The translations under genes were made by a program, and so were the position numbers. Below the pieces are notes generated by a model. It was given only the letters and a program-made list of their open reading frames with translations, was not told the origin of the DNA and did not search any database. Of a stretch of 64,000 nt of DNA, positions 55,695 through 64,000 are shown in pieces; position 1 is the first letter of the stretch, and each line of letters starts with the position of its first letter. Origin of the DNA: Smithella sp. Its GTDB lineage: Bacteria; Desulfobacterota; Syntrophia; Syntrophales; Smithellaceae. The stretch is taken from positions 11,162-75,161 of the forward strand of contig JBKQWB010000019.1 of the NCBI GenBank assembly GCA_052139735.1, in the 5' to 3' direction.

Positions 55695-58211
55695 ATGCGC
55701 CTTAAAAATAAAAAAGGAAGTGTCCTGATTACTCTCATCGTTGTCATGCTTATTATGGCCGTGCTTGGTCTGGGCATCTACACCATGTTTTCATCTTCCT
55801 CCTTCAGTGAACTCCTGTCAAACAGAAACGATAATGCATATCAACTTGCAAAGGCCGGTATTCGTTTTGCCGTCAACACCAATGGCACTATCACGGGCAA
55901 CTTTATGATGCCTGACAGCAGCCATATATTTAACATTGCCAGAAACGGCCAGGTCATAACATCCACAGGTATAGTCAATGCGGGCACTTTCCTCGAGGCC
56001 AGGAGGGTGCTTACTTATACATTGACGGGAATATCCAATCCGTATATCAAGGATCTAACCGCAAAAAACAACACGGAAGGAACTAAAGGCGCCATAGCCA
56101 ATGACGGGACAACGATCATACTGGGCGGAAGCACCAGCCCTGGAGTCTCTCAGAGTTATGGCGCTATCTGGTATAATGGGAATAGCATCGTTAACAACTG
56201 CAGTGGCGGTACCTGTAATTTTGGTCTGGGCCTTCGCGCATATTTTGAATTTCAATTTCCCCCCACTACGGGTTCGGGCGATGGATTTACTTTTGCCATC
56301 ATGAGCGCTCTGACCAATACAAATACCCGTGTAGGAGGGTTTTCCAAAACACAATACCCCGGTACTTATACATGGAACAATTGCACGGGGCCTAATTGTT
56401 CTACTTCAGTTGCCGGCGGTGAATTACAGGGGTATGCCGGACCGGGTAATACCGACGGTTCTACAAATTCAGTCGCAAGTGACGGGCTAGGCCTACGGCC
56501 CCCGAAAATGGCCATACAGTTTGACACTGTTGCGAATGGTAATCATACACCTTATTATCTTGCCCAGACCAGAAATGATCCGGCCTGTACGGCGACTTCC
56601 GGCGATTATGTAGCCCTCCAGTTCTGGGGTGATACGCCTTCCGGTAGTGTTATCCTAAAGAATTCCGCAGGCGCAAACGTTACACTTCCACTGAGCAGCT
56701 TTGACGACAATACGCATGGTTTATATCCGACGAGTACCTATGGCTCTCTGTCGACGATCACCTCATGTGTAAATGCAACAGCAACGGTAACAACAACACC
56801 AGCAGCAGCAATGACATGTCCGCCTGTGAACGGTCTCGGTGCAGTATGTTACTTGATGGAAGATGGAAATACCCGTAGTGGCAGGATAGAAATTACCCGT
56901 TCGACGAACCCAGTAAGCGGCGGAACATATAATGGTATGTATCAATATCAAATCAATGTCTGGGTCGAATTGAAAAGTAGCCTTTCCGCTCTTCAATTGA
57001 GCCATATCCAGGATGTGCTTGTGCCGTATACCGATACTTCTGCAAAAATTAGTCAGACTGTCTACTTTAATTCGACAGACCACGGTAACCTTGCAAACAT
57101 CTTCTGGGGTTTCACCCAGGGGACAGGCGATCTAGTTCAACAAGTGGCGATTACAAACACCGATGTCTTTTTCCCGAATACAGCGGCAACATGCAGTTAT
57201 GCAATTTCCCCTGCGAATGCGACGTATAAATCAACAGGCGGATCGGGAAGCGTTACTCTAACGGCAACAAGTAATTGTTACTGGGCGGTACAGAGCCTTC
57301 CAACCAACCCGTGGATCACCATTACATCCACCCCGCTATATGGCTTGGGCAGTGGAACAATCAGTTATACTGTCGCCGCCAATACGACGGGGGCTGCCAG
57401 AACCGGTTTAGTCAACATAGCCGGACAGACTTTCACCGTCATACAGACGGCCCCACAGACGATAGGGGCAATCACCTTTACGCCGAGCACATTAACCGTG
57501 GGCGGCACTACTACGGCGAGCGCTACAGCCACGTCAGGCTTACCGGTTACCTTCACGTCAACAACCCCCACTATCTGCACCGTAAATGGAAGCACAGTCA
57601 CCGGCGTAGCTACAGGCACCTGCACCATTGCGGCTAATCAGGCGGGCAATTCAAGTTATGATCCGGCACCACAGGTAACAGGGAGCATTACGGTTGCTTG
57701 CCAGACGGTGACAATCAATACCACGTCATTGCCCAATGGGAGGGTCGGTACGGCGTACTCTCAAACATTGTCGGCATCAGGTGGCACTATCACATCATGG
57801 GCCATCTCCAGTGGTTCTTTGCCGGGCGGCCTGAGCCTTAATACTAGCACCGGTGTCATCAGCGGCATGCCGACAACTGGAGGAATCTTTAACTTTACTG
57901 TGAAGGCAACCAACGGTTGCGGCAGCACGGGCACTCAGACACTCAGTATTGGAATCGCGTTTAATCCATATCAGGTATATGCCGGAACCGGAGCGCCCAT
58001 GTATTATGTGAGTGGCAGTTGCCAGACTTTAAACAGTGGAAGTTATGTCAACCTCAGTTACAATAACTCTGTAACGTTTTATCGTAATAGTGGTTGTACA
58101 GGCAGTACCTATACGGTAACGTATTCACTTGCAAATACAACGGATGTTAATGCAAATGGGCAAGTAACAGTCAACAGAAATGGTAATAACTGGTCTTTAG
58201 TTGATCGTTAA
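55695..58211 (+). CDS. Large pilus-associated multidomain protein (PilX-N-type anchor, L-type lectin-like, BACON-like, Ig-like domains); candidate tip adhesin (MshQ/PilY1 analogue)
   Basis: N-terminal KGSVLITLIVVMLIMAVLGLGIY. GDGFTFAI and MAIQFDT resemble the legume-lectin ADGxAFF / VAVEFDT motifs. CSYAISP...CYWAVQS...WITI...GLVNIAGQTFTVIQ is BACON-like. LPNGRVGTAYSQTLSASGG...LPGGLSLNTSTGVISGMPT is He_PIG/Ig-like. Confidence 0.7.
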   Translation: MRLKNKKGSVLITLIVVMLIMAVLGLGIYTMFSSSSFSELLSNRNDNAYQLAKAGIRFAVNTNGTITGNFMMPDSSHIFNIARNGQVITSTGIVNAGTFLEARRVLTYTLTGISNPYIKDLTAKNNTEGTKGAIANDGTTIILGGSTSPGVSQSYGAIWYNGNSIVNNCSGGTCNFGLGLRAYFEFQFPPTTGSGDGFTFAIMSALTNTNTRVGGFSKTQYPGTYTWNNCTGPNCSTSVAGGELQGYAGPGNTDGSTNSVASDGLGLRPPKMAIQFDTVANGNHTPYYLAQTRNDPACTATSGDYVALQFWGDTPSGSVILKNSAGANVTLPLSSFDDNTHGLYPTSTYGSLSTITSCVNATATVTTTPAAAMTCPPVNGLGAVCYLMEDGNTRSGRIEITRSTNPVSGGTYNGMYQYQINVWVELKSSLSALQLSHIQDVLVPYTDTSAKISQTVYFNSTDHGNLANIFWGFTQGTGDLVQQVAITNTDVFFPNTAATCSYAISPANATYKSTGGSGSVTLTATSNCYWAVQSLPTNPWITITSTPLYGLGSGTISYTVAANTTGAARTGLVNIAGQTFTVIQTAPQTIGAITFTPSTLTVGGTTTASATATSGLPVTFTSTTPTICTVNGSTVTGVATGTCTIAANQAGNSSYDPAPQVTGSITVACQTVTINTTSLPNGRVGTAYSQTLSASGGTITSWAISSGSLPGGLSLNTSTGVISGMPTTGGIFNFTVKATNGCGSTGTQTLSIGIAFNPYQVYAGTGAPMYYVSGSCQTLNSGSYVNLSYNNSVTFYRNSGCTGSTYTVTYSLANTTDVNANGQVTVNRNGNNWSLVDR

Positions 58212-58243
58212 TGAAATGAGGGGGTACAAAGAAAAACCCTTGA

Positions 58244-58272
58244 TTGGGCCAAGTCTTTTTGACTTGGCCCAA
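58244..58272 (+). terminator. Strong hairpin downstream of the adhesin gene
   Basis: Perfect 12-bp stem TTGGGCCAAGTC / GACTTGGCCCAA with a TTTTT loop. No clear trailing U-run. Confidence 0.5.
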
Positions 58273-58295
58273 GGATGATATAAGCTGCACAAATG

Positions 58296-58336
58296 AACAA
58301 GTCCGGTCGAGTCAAAACGACTCGGCCGGATTTGTT
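58296..58336 (+). terminator. Second long hairpin downstream of the adhesin gene
   Basis: 18-bp stem AACAAGTCCGGTCGAGTC / GACTCGGCCGGATTTGTT with two G-U pairs and an AAAAC loop. Confidence 0.45.
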
Positions 58337-58585
58337 CTGAGCGTTTGGAAAAACGCGCCCCGCGGACTAATCAGGGATAACCTGCAGTTCGATCAGCAGT
58401 CATCCATGCTATATCTGCGCTATATCCGCTCAATATCCGCATTCATTCGCCGTTGGGGACACCTTCGCCTGCCAAAGGATATGTAAAAAATTAATTACCG
58501 CTTAACAATTGACTTTTTTGTCTATATGATATTTAAAATAAATTGAGCCTGATAAAGGTGATTTTTTTAAAAGGGGGATGGTTGC

Positions 58586-60085
58586 GTGAAAATATTTGTC
58601 AAAAAAGGAGTACTTGCCGATACAAAAAGCGAGGCAATTATTCTGACGTTGTTTGAAGACAGCAAGAAATTGACTGGAGAGACGCTTGCGATTGATAAAA
58701 AAAGCGGCGGATTAATCAGCGAATTGATAAGGAGCCGCGATTTTGAAGCAAAGCCTTCTCAAATATCCGTAATTTATACCAGAGGAACGCTCCTATCAAA
58801 AAGAATAGCCCTGGTGGGCCTTGGAAAACAAAGTGAATTTAATCTGGAGAAACTTCGCGCCGCTTTTGCCAGGGTCTCCGGGCATCTGCGCAATATGAAT
58901 ATCAAAGAAGCGGCAACTTCCATTAATCTAAATCTTATCCCCGGGAAAAAAGATCAGGCAGCGCAGGTGGCCGTGGAAGGAGCTCTGCTGGGGCTTTATC
59001 AATATACGCCGTATAAAACAGTTGACCGTGAAGATTTAAAAGATATGGAAAAATTAAATATTATCGCCGACGGGAAAGATTTTTCTTCGATTGAATTGGC
59101 GGTAAAAAAAGCGAGCATAATTGCCAATGCCGTTTATTTCGCGCGCGATCTTATTTCCGCTCCCGCCAACGAAATGACGCCGACCATAATGGCGCAGAAG
59201 GCGCGGGAAATTGCCGCTAGAAAAAATGTGTCCTGCAAAGTTCTGGATAAGAAAAAGATGAAGGAAATGGGGATGAATGCTTTGCTGGGCGTTGCTTCGG
59301 GAAGCTGTGAGGAGCCGAAGTTTATTATTCTGGAATATGCGGGCGGCAAAAAAAACATGGCGCCGATTGTGCTGGTGGGCAAAGGATTGACTTTTGACAG
59401 CGGTGGAATTTCCATCAAACCGGCCGATAAGATGGATGAAATGAAAACAGATATGTCCGGCGGAGCGGCGGTTATGGGAGCCATCATGGCGGCTGCGGAT
59501 TTGCAGCTTCCTCTGAATATTACGGGACTCGTTCCTGCCACGGAAAATATGCCGGGCGGTTGCGCCTTAAAACCGGGGGATATTTTAAAATCATATTCCG
59601 GAAAAACCATTGAAGTTCTTAATACGGATGCCGAAGGCCGCCTGATTCTGGCCGATGCTCTTGCATACGCTTCCAAATATAAGCCGGAAGCGGTTATTGA
59701 CCTGGCTACTCTTACCGGCGCCTGCATTGTCGCTCTGGGCGATGATGTGATCGGCATGCTGGGAACGGACGATAAACTTAAAAAAGAAATAGATAAGGCC
59801 GCCCAGAATACCGGCGAACTTGTCTGGGAACTTCCCTTATGGGAGAGTTATCACGAGCTTATAAAAAGCGATATTGCCGATTATAAAAATAGCGGCGGCC
59901 GGGCAGCCGGCACAATTACCGCCGCGGCATTTTTAAGCAAATTTGCCGGAGATTATCCCTGGGTGCATCTGGATATTGCGGGACCTGCCTGGACAAGCAA
60001 AGACAAGGCTTATGTTCCCAAAGGGGCATCAGGGGTTGGCGTCCGGCTGCTTGTGGAATTCCTGCGCAATCGTGTCCGAAAATAA
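58586..60085 (+). CDS. pepA: Leucyl aminopeptidase (M17 family)
   Basis: Contains VGKGLTFDSGG, DMSGGAAV and the NTDAEGRLILADAL signature. GTG start after GGGGGA. Confidence 0.92.
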   Translation: MKIFVKKGVLADTKSEAIILTLFEDSKKLTGETLAIDKKSGGLISELIRSRDFEAKPSQISVIYTRGTLLSKRIALVGLGKQSEFNLEKLRAAFARVSGHLRNMNIKEAATSINLNLIPGKKDQAAQVAVEGALLGLYQYTPYKTVDREDLKDMEKLNIIADGKDFSSIELAVKKASIIANAVYFARDLISAPANEMTPTIMAQKAREIAARKNVSCKVLDKKKMKEMGMNALLGVASGSCEEPKFIILEYAGGKKNMAPIVLVGKGLTFDSGGISIKPADKMDEMKTDMSGGAAVMGAIMAAADLQLPLNITGLVPATENMPGGCALKPGDILKSYSGKTIEVLNTDAEGRLILADALAYASKYKPEAVIDLATLTGACIVALGDDVIGMLGTDDKLKKEIDKAAQNTGELVWELPLWESYHELIKSDIADYKNSGGRAAGTITAAAFLSKFAGDYPWVHLDIAGPAWTSKDKAYVPKGASGVGVRLLVEFLRNRVRK

Positions 60086-60088
60086 AAT

Positions 60089-61090
60089 ATGCCGCCGCTT
60101 CTGGAAATAAAAGATTTGATGACGGTATTTGATACTGTCAGGGGAAAAATTAAAGCCGTTGATGGAGTTTCGCTAAAAATCAATTCCGGCCAAACTTTGG
60201 GAATTGTCGGCGAATCCGGATGCGGAAAAACAATGCTCGCCCTTTCGATCATGCGTCTGGTGCCCTCCGGCGGCAAAATCATCAATGGTGAAATACTTTT
60301 TTCCGGCCATGATTTATTAAAAATATCTCAGGAAGAAATGCGTGCGCGTCGCGGCAGTGAAATCTCCATGATTTTTCAGGAGCCGATGACTTCGCTTAAT
60401 CCCGTTTTTCGCGTCGGTGAACAGATTGCCGAAGCCATTCGGCTGCATCAAAATCTTCCGGCAAAGCAGGCGATGGATTTGAGTGTTGAGTTGCTCAATG
60501 AGGTGGGAATTGCCGATCCGCAAAAACGGGCGCGTGATTATCCTCATAATCTTAGCGGCGGTATGCGGCAGCGGGTAATGATCGCCATGGCCATGTCCTG
60601 TAATCCCAAGCTTCTGCTTGCCGATGAACCCACGACGGCGCTGGATGTTACCATTCAGGCGCAAATTCTGGATTTGATTTCCTCTCTGAAGCAGAAAAAT
60701 AATATGGCGGTTATTTTAATCACGCATGATTTAGGCGTGGTTGCTCAGGCCGCTCAAAAAGTTGCTGTAATGTATGCGGGCAAAATAGTGGAAAGTTCGG
60801 CAGTGGAAGTGATATTTGCCAATCCCCTGCATCCGTATACCAGGGGGCTTTTGGAATCGATACCGGCAAGATGCGTGAAATCGTCGGAAAGAGAAGATCA
60901 TCTTAAAACTATTCCGGGCTCTGTTCCCAGTTTATATGATTTAGCGCCGGGCTGCCGTTTTCATGACAGGTGTCCTTACGCCGAGGAAGTTTGTTGGCAG
61001 ACAGAGCCGCCGCTTTTGGAAATTGAAACAGGGCATTTTGTTTCCTGCTGGAAATACAGCCCCCCAAATAATAATCGGATTAGAGAGTAG
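60089..61090 (+). CDS. oppD: Oligopeptide/dipeptide ABC transporter ATP-binding protein (OppD/DppD type)
   Basis: Walker A GESGCGKT, signature LSGGMRQR, Walker [13 protein letters not shown]. The C-terminal oligopeptide-type extension carries Cys residues. Confidence 0.9.
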   Translation: MPPLLEIKDLMTVFDTVRGKIKAVDGVSLKINSGQTLGIVGESGCGKTMLALSIMRLVPSGGKIINGEILFSGHDLLKISQEEMRARRGSEISMIFQEPMTSLNPVFRVGEQIAEAIRLHQNLPAKQAMDLSVELLNEVGIADPQKRARDYPHNLSGGMRQRVMIAMAMSCNPKLLLADEPTTALDVTIQAQILDLISSLKQKNNMAVILITHDLGVVAQAAQKVAVMYAGKIVESSAVEVIFANPLHPYTRGLLESIPARCVKSSEREDHLKTIPGSVPSLYDLAPGCRFHDRCPYAEEVCWQTEPPLLEIETGHFVSCWKYSPPNNNRIRE

Positions 61091-61093
61091 ATA

Positions 61094-62062
61094 ATGCCCA
61101 ATGTCCTTGTTGAAATTAGGGAGTTGAATAAAAAATATACCCTAAGCAGTGGTTTTTTTAATTCCACAAAGAGAGTCATTTATGCGGTTAACAACATTGA
61201 CTTGCGGATTTTTAAAGGCGAGACTCTGGGGCTGGTCGGCGAATCCGGTTGCGGCAAATCAACGCTGGCGCGTCTTATAACCAGACTGGAGAAGCCTTCT
61301 TCCGGGTTCGTGAATTTTAAAGGTGAAAACATTTATTCGTACGATAAAGAAGCGTTAAAATCGTATCGCCGTAATGTTCAGATCATTTTTCAGGATACTT
61401 ATTCTTCCCTCAATCCCAGAAAGTCCGCGCTCAGTACGATTAAAGAACCTCTGACAATTCATCACATGGGCAATAAGACAAAACGCGCTGAAGCGGCGCT
61501 TTCGATAATGGCAAAAGTCGGCTTAAGTAAAGAACAGGCCAATCGTTATTCACACGAGTTCAGCGGCGGGCAGCGCCAGCGTATTGGAATCGCGCGGGCG
61601 CTTGTTTTAAATCCGGAATTAATCATTGCCGATGAGCCGGTTTCCTCCCTTGATGTTTCTATTCAGGCGCAGATTCTGAATTTACTCAAGGATTTAAAAA
61701 ATGATTATAATTTAACATATTTGTTTATTTCCCATGATCTTAACGTCATTCGATTTATCTCCGATCGCGTTGCCGTAATGTATCTGGGTAAAATTGTCGA
61801 GCTCGCCCTAAACCACGATATCTACAATCGTCCGCTCCATCCTTATACCCGTATGCTGCTTTCGGCTGTGCCATCCTGTGATCCCGGCCGCAAAGATAGA
61901 ATAATGACAATAAAAGGAGAGGCCGGATTTGAAAATGATCAGGGTTGTCCTTTTCAGAATCGCTGCTCCTACAAAACTGATGTTTGCGCGAGGATTGAAC
62001 CGAAGCTGGAAAAACTGGATGAACACAGCCTTTGCGCCTGTCACCTGGCCGGATCAATCTAG
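61094..62062 (+). CDS. oppF: Oligopeptide/dipeptide ABC transporter ATP-binding protein (OppF/DppF type)
   Basis: Walker A GESGCGKST, signature FSGGQRQR, Walker B LIIADEPVSSLD. Confidence 0.9.
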   Translation: MPNVLVEIRELNKKYTLSSGFFNSTKRVIYAVNNIDLRIFKGETLGLVGESGCGKSTLARLITRLEKPSSGFVNFKGENIYSYDKEALKSYRRNVQIIFQDTYSSLNPRKSALSTIKEPLTIHHMGNKTKRAEAALSIMAKVGLSKEQANRYSHEFSGGQRQRIGIARALVLNPELIIADEPVSSLDVSIQAQILNLLKDLKNDYNLTYLFISHDLNVIRFISDRVAVMYLGKIVELALNHDIYNRPLHPYTRMLLSAVPSCDPGRKDRIMTIKGEAGFENDQGCPFQNRCSYKTDVCARIEPKLEKLDEHSLCACHLAGSI

Positions 62063-62072
62063 AGGGGTTAAA

Positions 62073-62696
62073 ATGCCGGAAGAAAAGATATATATAAAAA
62101 ACGGCTCTGAGATCATTGAAGGAATGTTTAGCAAAGCTTCGGGAGAAAAAGGCGTTGTAATTTGCCATCCGCATTCCCTGATGGGCGGTTCGATGTATAA
62201 TAATGTTGTTGAAGCCGCGCAGGAAGCTTTTGCCTCCGAAAAATTTTCTACTTTAAGATTTAACTTCCGGGGAGTCGGCGAAAGCACCGGCGCCTACGAT
62301 GAAGGGAGGGGCGAAAAAGAAAATATCCTTGCCGTTTGTGAATATCTGAAAAAACTCGGGCTGAAAGAATTGTTTTTTGCCGGTTACTCGTTTGGCGCGT
62401 GGGTTGGCTCGAAAATTCTCGAAGAAAGCAATAATCCCTTTACCTTTAACATCTGCGTTTCTCCGCCCATCGATTATTTTAATTTTGAATGGGATAATTT
62501 GAAAAATAAAATTAATTTACTTGTCTGCGGAGATTGCGACCAGTTTTGCACGCTGAATGTTTTGATTGCAAGAGCGAAAATAATAAATGCGCCCATGGAA
62601 ATAATTTCCGGTGCGGATCATTTTTACATGGGGAAAGAAAAAGAGCTTAAATGTATTTTAAAAAAATATTTAATTGACATAAATCGTAATGTGTAA
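62073..62696 (+). CDS. Alpha/beta-fold hydrolase
   Basis: The ATG at 62073 is preceded by AGAGGGG. The nucleophile elbow is GYSFGAW, and CHPHSLMGGSM is present. The longer track ORF from 61929 overlaps oppF and is unlikely. Confidence 0.7.
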   Translation: MPEEKIYIKNGSEIIEGMFSKASGEKGVVICHPHSLMGGSMYNNVVEAAQEAFASEKFSTLRFNFRGVGESTGAYDEGRGEKENILAVCEYLKKLGLKELFFAGYSFGAWVGSKILEESNNPFTFNICVSPPIDYFNFEWDNLKNKINLLVCGDCDQFCTLNVLIARAKIINAPMEIISGADHFYMGKEKELKCILKKYLIDINRNV

Positions 62697-62792
62697 TAAT
62701 TATAATGTAACAATAATTACAAAATGATAATATTCATAAAAAGGCAATGTTTGTATAGTAATAATTATTACTATGTTTACTTCAAAAAAAGC

Positions 62793-62820
62793 TTGATTTT
62801 GAGAAAAAAAGTGATATGAT
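62793..62820 (+). promoter_or_regulatory. Sigma70-type promoter candidate with extended -10, upstream of the csp leader
   Basis: TTGATT-16 nt-TATGAT, with TG one base upstream of the -10 hexamer. About 210 nt before the csp start. Confidence 0.5.
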
Positions 62821-62926
62821 TTAAAACAGCGTAATAAAACCGCAGATTTATTGTGTTTTTTAGACACTGAGAGAGCGGCATTTATCAGGAAGTAGTTAGT
62901 GCTAAGTTTTACAAAAAAAATAAATT

Positions 62927-62976
62927 AACCGCAGAGAAATTTTCTATGAAAAATAGAATTCATGCGGTTTTTTTTG
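62927..62976 (+). terminator. Terminator-like hairpin plus U-tract inside the csp 5' leader (possible attenuator or sRNA 3' end)
   Basis: AACCGCA...TGCGGTT outer stem with inner TTCTAT/ATAGAA pairing, followed by T8. Lies 55 nt upstream of the csp start codon. Confidence 0.5.
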
Positions 62977-63030
62977 TTCCTTGATGAATATTGTCACGGG
63001 ACAAATAAATTTTAAAGGAGGGTTTTAGCT

Positions 63031-63231
63031 TTGGCAGAAGGAAAAGTAAAGTGGTTCAACGAGAAAAAGGGGTTTGGTTTCATCGAAAACGATGAAGGTG
63101 GAGATGTGTTTGTTCATTATAGTGCTATTGCCGGAACGGGATTTAAGACTCTTTATGAGGGTCAGAAGATTCGTTTCGATATTGAACAGGGGAATAAGGG
63201 GCCCAGCGCAACAAATGTTCAGCCGCTATAA
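63031..63231 (+). CDS. csp: Cold-shock protein (CspA family)
   Basis: The [17 protein letters not shown]1 motif and [12 protein letters not shown]2 motif are present. TTG start after AAAGGAGGG. Confidence 0.92.
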   Translation: MAEGKVKWFNEKKGFGFIENDEGGDVFVHYSAIAGTGFKTLYEGQKIRFDIEQGNKGPSATNVQPL

Positions 63232-63263
63232 TAATGTCAATTAATCAAAATTAATTTTAACTA

Positions 63264-63297
63264 AAAATGCCTCGTATATTACGGGGCATTTTTATTT
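63264..63297 (+). terminator. Rho-independent terminator of csp
   Basis: Stem ATGCCTCGT / ACGGGGCAT (one G-U pair), loop ATATT, followed by TTTTTATTT. Confidence 0.75.
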
Positions 63298-63374
63298 CCA
63301 TTCTTTTAATCATTTCTTATAATATTTAAGTGGAGCGTCTTTACATTCAAAGATAAATAATTTAAAGATAACTC

Positions 63375-64000
63375 ATGGCCAATAAATTAATTGTGATTCT
63401 GGGTCCGACAGCATCCGGTAAAACGCATCTGGCAGCGCGGCTTGCCTATGATCTGCGGGGCGAAATAATATCCGCCGATTCCCGTCAGGTATATAAAAAT
63501 ATGGATATTGGGACCGGCAAAGATTTAAATCAATATATCATCAATGACCGGCAGATTCCTTATCATCTGATAGATATTGCGGGGCCGGAGAATGAATTTA
63601 ACTTATTTGAATTTCAGAGCAGATTTTACAAAACATTCTGCGCTCTTACGGAAAAGAAAATTCTGCCTGTTTTGGCCGGGGGGACGGGTCTTTATCTGGA
63701 GTCCGTGCTGAGAAGGTATGATATGCCCCATGCCCCGCAAGATGAAGAATTCAGGGAAAATCTGAGCCGGAAATCAAAAGATGAACTGCAAAAAATTCTT
63801 TGCGATTTAAAACCGCGTTTGCATAACAGGACGGATCTCGAAGATTCCGCGAGGCTAATCAGGGCAATAGAAATTGAACTGGCAAGGAATATAAAAAATC
63901 AGGACGGACAGGAAAAACCTCGGATTGATGCTTTGGTTTTCGGCATCAGATGGGAAAGATCCGCCCTGAGGCGGCGCATTACAACGCGGTTGGAAGAAAG
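63375..64000 (+). CDS. miaA: tRNA dimethylallyltransferase, 3' end cut by the window edge
   Basis: The ORF is not in the track because it has no stop in the window. My translation gives MANKLIVILGPTASGKTHLAARLAYDLRGEIISADSRQVYKNMDIGTGK, the typical MiaA N-terminus. Confidence 0.88.
   Translation, partial: MANKLIVILGPTASGKTHLAARLAYDLRGEIISADSRQVYKNMDIGTGKDLNQYIINDRQIPYHLIDIAGPENEFNLFEFQSRFYKTFCALTEKKILPVLAGGTGLYLESVLRRYDMPHAPQDEEFRENLSRKSKDELQKILCDLKPRLHNRTDLEDSARLIRAIEIELARNIKNQDGQEKPRIDALVFGIRWERSALRRRITTRLEE

Noticed and set aside
58244-58486. 80-aa plus-strand ORF downstream of the adhesin gene
   Set aside because: It starts inside the first terminator-like hairpin and runs through the second. 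No RBS and no family resemblance. The region is better explained as terminator plus the pepA promoter region.
59134-59757. 207-aa minus-strand ORF inside pepA
   Set aside because: It is antisense to an unambiguous M17 aminopeptidase and has an Ala/Pro/Ser-rich shadow-ORF composition. The same reasoning applies to the antisense ORFs within atpA/atpB (3224-5621), the dynamin-like gene, the DEAD-box helicase, the secretin gene and others in the track.
61929-62072. N-terminal 48-codon extension of the hydrolase ORF given in the track
   Set aside because: It overlaps the 3' end of oppF in another frame. The internal ATG at 62073 has a proper RBS and gives a sensible alpha/beta-hydrolase N-terminus.

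Overview
This is a 64-kb bacterial chromosomal window, moderately AT-rich by eye. Gene content suggests an anaerobic Gram-negative organism, possibly Desulfobacterota-like, but taxonomy cannot be established from the sequence alone.

Contents from left to right:
1. A V/A-type ATPase operon in the order I-K-F-E-A-B-D (1-6530). Subunit I is cut by the left window edge.
2. A small RsbRD-N-like protein, an HD-GYP phosphodiesterase, an APC amino-acid permease, an orphan biotinyl-domain protein and MsrA.
3. Two paralogous promoter plus fluoride-riboswitch (crcB motif) leaders on the minus strand. One drives a cation/proton antiporter (11405-12607). The other drives a two-gene operon for a dynamin-like GTPase and a small P-loop NTPase (12934-15317). 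I consider this second association the most unusual thing in the window.
4. A DEAD-box helicase, ferritin, RlpA, a membrane protein and a PaaI-type thioesterase.
5. A tightly coupled six-gene operon (20238-26271): PHP phosphoesterase, GT4, methyltransferase, alpha/alpha-toroid protein, LbH acetyltransferase and B12-radical SAM.
6. A 585-bp non-coding element bounded by 91-nt inverted repeats (26288-26872).
7. A TPR protein and an L,D-transpeptidase that share a C-terminal module.
8. An MSHA-type type IV pilus locus. The assembly genes and major pilin lie at 31198-40849. The minor pilins and an 838-aa lectin-domain tip protein lie at 53728-58211. A roughly 12.5-kb minus-strand glycan-biosynthesis island (40910-53433) sits between them and starts with a TMTC/PMT-like GT-C + TPR enzyme.
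9. PepA, OppD/OppF-type ATPases without permeases, an alpha/beta hydrolase, a cold-shock protein with a structured leader, and the 5' part of miaA.

I recognised no rRNA, tRNA, CRISPR array, transposase or integrase. All family calls rest on motifs read by eye from the translations. No database search was run.
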